A stretch of DNA of 61,719 nt, filler included. It is 4 parts of 4 records of this genome, joined end to end, with 100 filler letters (N's around TTAATTAATTAA, not from the genome) between each part and the next. Parts side by side here need not be neighbours in the genome. Positions count along the whole stretch, not along the records: positions 56,489 to 61,719 come from SRR20825006_2919; 3 more parts are not named here. One strand, given 5' to 3'. The notes under the pieces were generated by a model. That model did no database searches, had not been told where the DNA came from, and saw only the letters and a program-made list of their open reading frames with translations. Each line of letters begins with the position of its first letter. Position 1 is the first letter of the stretch. Shown piece after piece: positions 58,632 through 61,719 of the stretch. Made by a program: the position numbers and the translations under genes.

Positions 58632-58931
58632 ATGGAAGCCAGGGACGGCAGTTTCGGCTTCGATTTCGAGGCCGTCTATGACGAGGTCAAGCCGCATGAA
58701 GCGCTGACGATGGCCATGAGCGATGGGCGCAAGGCTCGAACGACATTTGAACCTGCTGGCGGGAAGACGAAAGTCACCACCACTTTCGACGCGGAAGAAC
58801 AGAACCCGATCGACATGCAGCGCGATGGCTGGCAGGCGATCCTGAACAACTTCAAACGCCATGTGGAAGCGAAGCCAGGGCACGGCTTTGGGCGAGGCGA
58901 TAGCTGTCGCCATTCATTTCGAGAATGTTGA
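58632..58931 (+). pseudogene. SRPBCC/AHSA1 protein, C-terminal half only
   Basis: MEARDGSFGFDF..FDAE..NP..MQRDGWQAILNNFK; the N-terminal half and an RBS are missing. Confidence 0.65.
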
Positions 58932-58964
58932 TGTGATGAGTGACGCGGTCGAGCAGATCGCATG

Positions 58965-61001
58965 TCAGAGCACCTTGCAGAGCCGCAGCGCATCATAGAT
59001 CGCGGCATGGGTGTTTCGGGAGGCGACCGCGTCGCCAATGCGGAAAAGCTGATAGTCCCCCTCGGAATTGCGTACAACGTCCTGCGGGTGCCCCTCGATC
59101 AACGCCTCATAATCGACCTCCCCGAGGTTAATGGAGCCGTCGCGCAGATCGAAATAGACATCATCGAGCGGCCTGGTGCCGTGATTGACCACCACCTGAT
59201 CGACAAGGCGTTCTCGCGTCTCGCCGCCATAGTCGCTGCCGAGCGTCGCCATGAGGGCATTGCCATCGCGGCGAACCGCATCGAGCTTCCAGGTAACGGT
59301 AAATGTCACATCCCGCTTCTGCAACTCGCGCATGGACGGCGTCAGAGACATCGCCATGACTTCGGCGGCGACGGTTCGGTCGCGGGTCACGATCTCGACC
59401 CTCGCCCCCGCCTCTACGATCTTTTCGGCTGCCTGGAGGGCTGCGTAGTCGCCGGCGTCATCATAAATCAGGACGTTCTCGCCAGGCTTGGCATCGCCCG
59501 AAAGGATATCCCAGGCCGAAACAACCAGTGCGTCGCCCTCGCCGAGCACCTCGGTATGGGGCAGTCCACCGGTCGCAACGATGATGACGTCCGGCGTCTC
59601 CGCGAGCAGGGTTTCGCCATCGGCGAAGCTGTTGAAACGGAAGACAACGCCCATCCGCACGCATTCCTCGAACCGCCACTGGATCAGCTGGATCATTTCG
59701 TGCCGCCGCTTGCTCTGCGCGGTCAGGCGAACCTGGCCACCGGGGTCGTTGGCCGCCTCGTGAACGATCACCTCATGACCGCGCTCGGCGGCAACGCGGG
59801 CCGCCTCCAGTCCCGCAGGACCGGCGCCGACGATGACCACGCGGCGGCGCACCGTGGCTTTCGGCACCACATGCGGTTGTTCGAGCTCGCGCCCGGTTGC
59901 GGGGTTGTGAAGACAGAATGCCATGCCGCCCTGGTAGATCCGGTCAAGACAGTAGTTTGCGCCAACGCAGGGCCGGATACGGTCTTCCTCTCCACGCAGG
60001 ATCTTGGCGATGATATGCGGATCGGCCATGTGGGCGCGGGTCATGCCGACCATGTCCAGCTTGCCGCTGGCAATCGCGTGGCGGGCCGTGGCCACATCCT
60101 GGATCTTGGCGGCGTGAAAGGTCGGGAATTGGGTGGCGGCCCGGATTTCGCCCGCGAAATCGAGATGGGGGTTCGCCCGCATGCCCTGCACCGGGATGAC
60201 GTCTGTCAGCCCGGCATCGGTATCGATGTGTCCGCGGATCACGTTGAGGAAGTCGACGAGACCGCTGTCCTTCAGCCGACGCGAAATCTCGATTCCTTCG
60301 TCCCTGGTGATCCCGCCGGCCATAGCCTCGTCGGCGACGTAGCGGACACCTACGATGAAATCATCGCCTACCCGTTCACGGATCGCGCCCAGTACATCCA
60401 TCGACAGCCGCATCCGGTTTTCAAGACTGCCGCCATAGCTGCCGTCGAGATCGTTGGTCGCGGGCGACCAGAACTGGTCGAGAAGATGACCGTAGGCCTG
60501 AAGCTCGATCCCATCGAGGCCGGCGGCCTTCATCCGTTCCGCGGCATCTGCGTAATCCGCCACGATGCGGGCGATGTCCCAGTCCTCGGCCTTCTTGGGA
60601 AAGGCCTTGTGCGAGGCTTCGCGTTCATGGCTGGAAGACACGACGGGCAGCCAGTCGGCCTTGTCCCAGCGCGTGCGGCGGCCGAGATGGGTGAGTTGGA
60701 TCATCACAGCACAATCGTGTTCATGACACTCTTCGGTAAGTGCCTTCATCCAGCCGACGATTTCGTCCTTCCAGGCGAGGATATTGTTGAACACCGGCGG
60801 ACTGTCGCGCGCGACCGAGGCGGAACCGGCCGTCATCGTCAACGCCACGCCGGCCCTCGCCCGCTCGGCGTGATAGGCGCGATAGCGCTCCTTCGGCATC
60901 CCGTCCTCGGGATAGGCCGGCTCGTGGCTGGTGATCATCATACGGTTCTTCAACCGCAGATGCTTCAGGTCGTAGGGTTGAAGAAGGGGATCGTTCAGCA
61001 T
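58965..61001 (-). CDS. stcD: NADH:flavin oxidoreductase (OYE-like, Fe-S), StcD/N-methylproline demethylase-like
   Basis: DPLLQPY.LKHL.LKNR..TSHEPAY.EDGMPK.RYR.YH.ERA; CVGANYC Cys cluster; VGAGPAGLEAA; IGDA..RN.HAAIYD. Confidence 0.75.
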   Translation of the reverse strand: MLNDPLLQPYDLKHLRLKNRMMITSHEPAYPEDGMPKERYRAYHAERARAGVALTMTAGSASVARDSPPVFNNILAWKDEIVGWMKALTEECHEHDCAVMIQLTHLGRRTRWDKADWLPVVSSSHEREASHKAFPKKAEDWDIARIVADYADAAERMKAAGLDGIELQAYGHLLDQFWSPATNDLDGSYGGSLENRMRLSMDVLGAIRERVGDDFIVGVRYVADEAMAGGITRDEGIEISRRLKDSGLVDFLNVIRGHIDTDAGLTDVIPVQGMRANPHLDFAGEIRAATQFPTFHAAKIQDVATARHAIASGKLDMVGMTRAHMADPHIIAKILRGEEDRIRPCVGANYCLDRIYQGGMAFCLHNPATGRELEQPHVVPKATVRRRVVIVGAGPAGLEAARVAAERGHEVIVHEAANDPGGQVRLTAQSKRRHEMIQLIQWRFEECVRMGVVFRFNSFADGETLLAETPDVIIVATGGLPHTEVLGEGDALVVSAWDILSGDAKPGENVLIYDDAGDYAALQAAEKIVEAGARVEIVTRDRTVAAEVMAMSLTPSMRELQKRDVTFTVTWKLDAVRRDGNALMATLGSDYGGETRERLVDQVVVNHGTRPLDDVYFDLRDGSINLGEVDYEALIEGHPQDVVRNSEGDYQLFRIGDAVASRNTHAAIYDALRLCKVL

Positions 61002-61041
61002 GCCACACCTCTCGCTTTGGTCTCAGCACGATTCCGTAAAA

Positions 61042-61078
61042 TGTTCACTTATGTCAAGTATAAGTTCAGTGATGTATA
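61042..61078. promoter_or_regulatory. Two candidate operator boxes in the divergent promoter
   Basis: TGTTCA-CTTA-TGTCAA (61042-61057) and AGTTCA-GTGA-TGTATA (61063-61078), 21 bp apart; both are degenerate TGTACA-N4-TGTACA. Confidence 0.45.
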
Positions 61079-61119
61079 TTTTGATTGCGACAGAGCGTTA
61101 TGCTTCCTATTGTCGGCAG

Positions 61120-61719
61120 ATGAACACGATGCAGAATATTGACCATGAAAAAAATGCCGGCTGGCGAGGCTCCAGAGCGTTGTGGCTGGACGCGGCGAAA
61201 CGGGCCTTTCTCGAAACCGGGCTCGATGCGGTGAAGATCCAGCCGCTGGCAAAACACCTGAACATTTCACGCACCAGCTTCTACTGGTTCTTCAAGGACC
61301 GCAACGCGCTGCTTGATGCCTTGCTCGAAGAATGGGAGACGAAGAACACCGGCGCCTTCGAGACGGCGTGCAATGCCTATGCCGAAACCATTACCGAAGC
61401 GATCCTGAACCTCATCGTGGTCTTCCACGACGAAACCCTGTTCGAACCGCAACTCGACTTCGCGGTCCGAAGCTGGGCCCACCAGTCCGATGCCGTGACG
61501 GCTCGGGTCAATGTTGCGGACGAGCGCCGGCTGGTCGCCATCCGGGCGATGTTCGAACGCTTCGGCTTTTCACCCGGGGACTCTGACGTTCGGGCCCGCA
61601 CCGTCTACCTTGTCCAGATCGGCTATATCTCGATGCAGACAAGCGAGCCCACCGCCCTGCGCATGTCCCGCGTCGGCAACTATGTGAAGACATTCAGTGG
61701 AAGAGAGCCTACGGACAGC
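61120..61719 (+). CDS. TetR-family regulator (runs off the window; absent from the ORF track)
   Basis: Manual translation MNTMQNIDHEKNAGWRGSRALWLDAAKRAFLETGLDAVKIQPLAKHLNISRTSFYWFFKDR..; start 61120 or 61129. Confidence 0.9.
   Translation, partial: MNTMQNIDHEKNAGWRGSRALWLDAAKRAFLETGLDAVKIQPLAKHLNISRTSFYWFFKDRNALLDALLEEWETKNTGAFETACNAYAETITEAILNLIVVFHDETLFEPQLDFAVRSWAHQSDAVTARVNVADERRLVAIRAMFERFGFSPGDSDVRARTVYLVQIGYISMQTSEPTALRMSRVGNYVKTFSGREPTDS

Noticed and set aside
58962-61142. 726-aa plus-strand ORF
   Set aside because: Antisense shadow of the stcD-like gene in high-GC DNA; no motifs
1-61719. CRISPR array, rRNA, IS transposase or prophage structural genes
   Set aside because: No regularly spaced repeat-spacer array or recognisable motifs seen

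Overview
The window is not one locus. It is four unrelated contigs joined by three 100-nt artificial spacers (N44-TTAATTAATTAA-N44) at 21413-21512, 35527-35626 and 56389-56488. (A) 1-21412 is an AT-rich Flavobacteriaceae-like contig. It has a large T9SS-secreted Fn3-repeat protein, a TPR/TPR-AraC sensor pair, trxB and tRNA-Pro(GGG). An integrative element follows the tRNA, with a tyrosine integrase, a decayed RES gene, a five-gene cargo operon, a divergent 7TM-DISM kinase/NarL pair, a decayed BfmA-like mobilisation gene and an oriT-like region. (B) 21513-35526 is a GC-rich marine gammaproteobacterial contig (Alcanivorax-like, tentative): argG', rnt, peroxiredoxin, a porin/FMN-binding/PepSY operon, grxD, hydantoinase B, argD-argF-ABC ATPase, two tandem membrane GGDEF genes and 'glpK. 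(C) 35627-56388 is a Rhizobiaceae-like contig: 'yejBEF, ghrA-like, two EcfG-type small membrane proteins, pncB, GNAT, cobalamin riboswitch-btuBFCD, lysC-ptsP-prfA-prmC-DUF4167 and cmk-rpsA'. (D) 56489-61719 is an alphaproteobacterial contig with a TetR-led operon of deletion remnants, an stcD-like flavin oxidoreductase and a divergent TetR that the ORF track missed. The best candidate for an undescribed system is the island cargo operon at 11085-19641. It encodes two exported proteins that share an N-terminal module but carry different C-terminal domains (Sel1 vs FGE/C-lectin fold), a secreted Asn-rich/coiled-coil protein and a SLATT-like 2TM protein, all beside a dedicated two-component system. 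All family calls come from motif recognition by eye; no database search was run.
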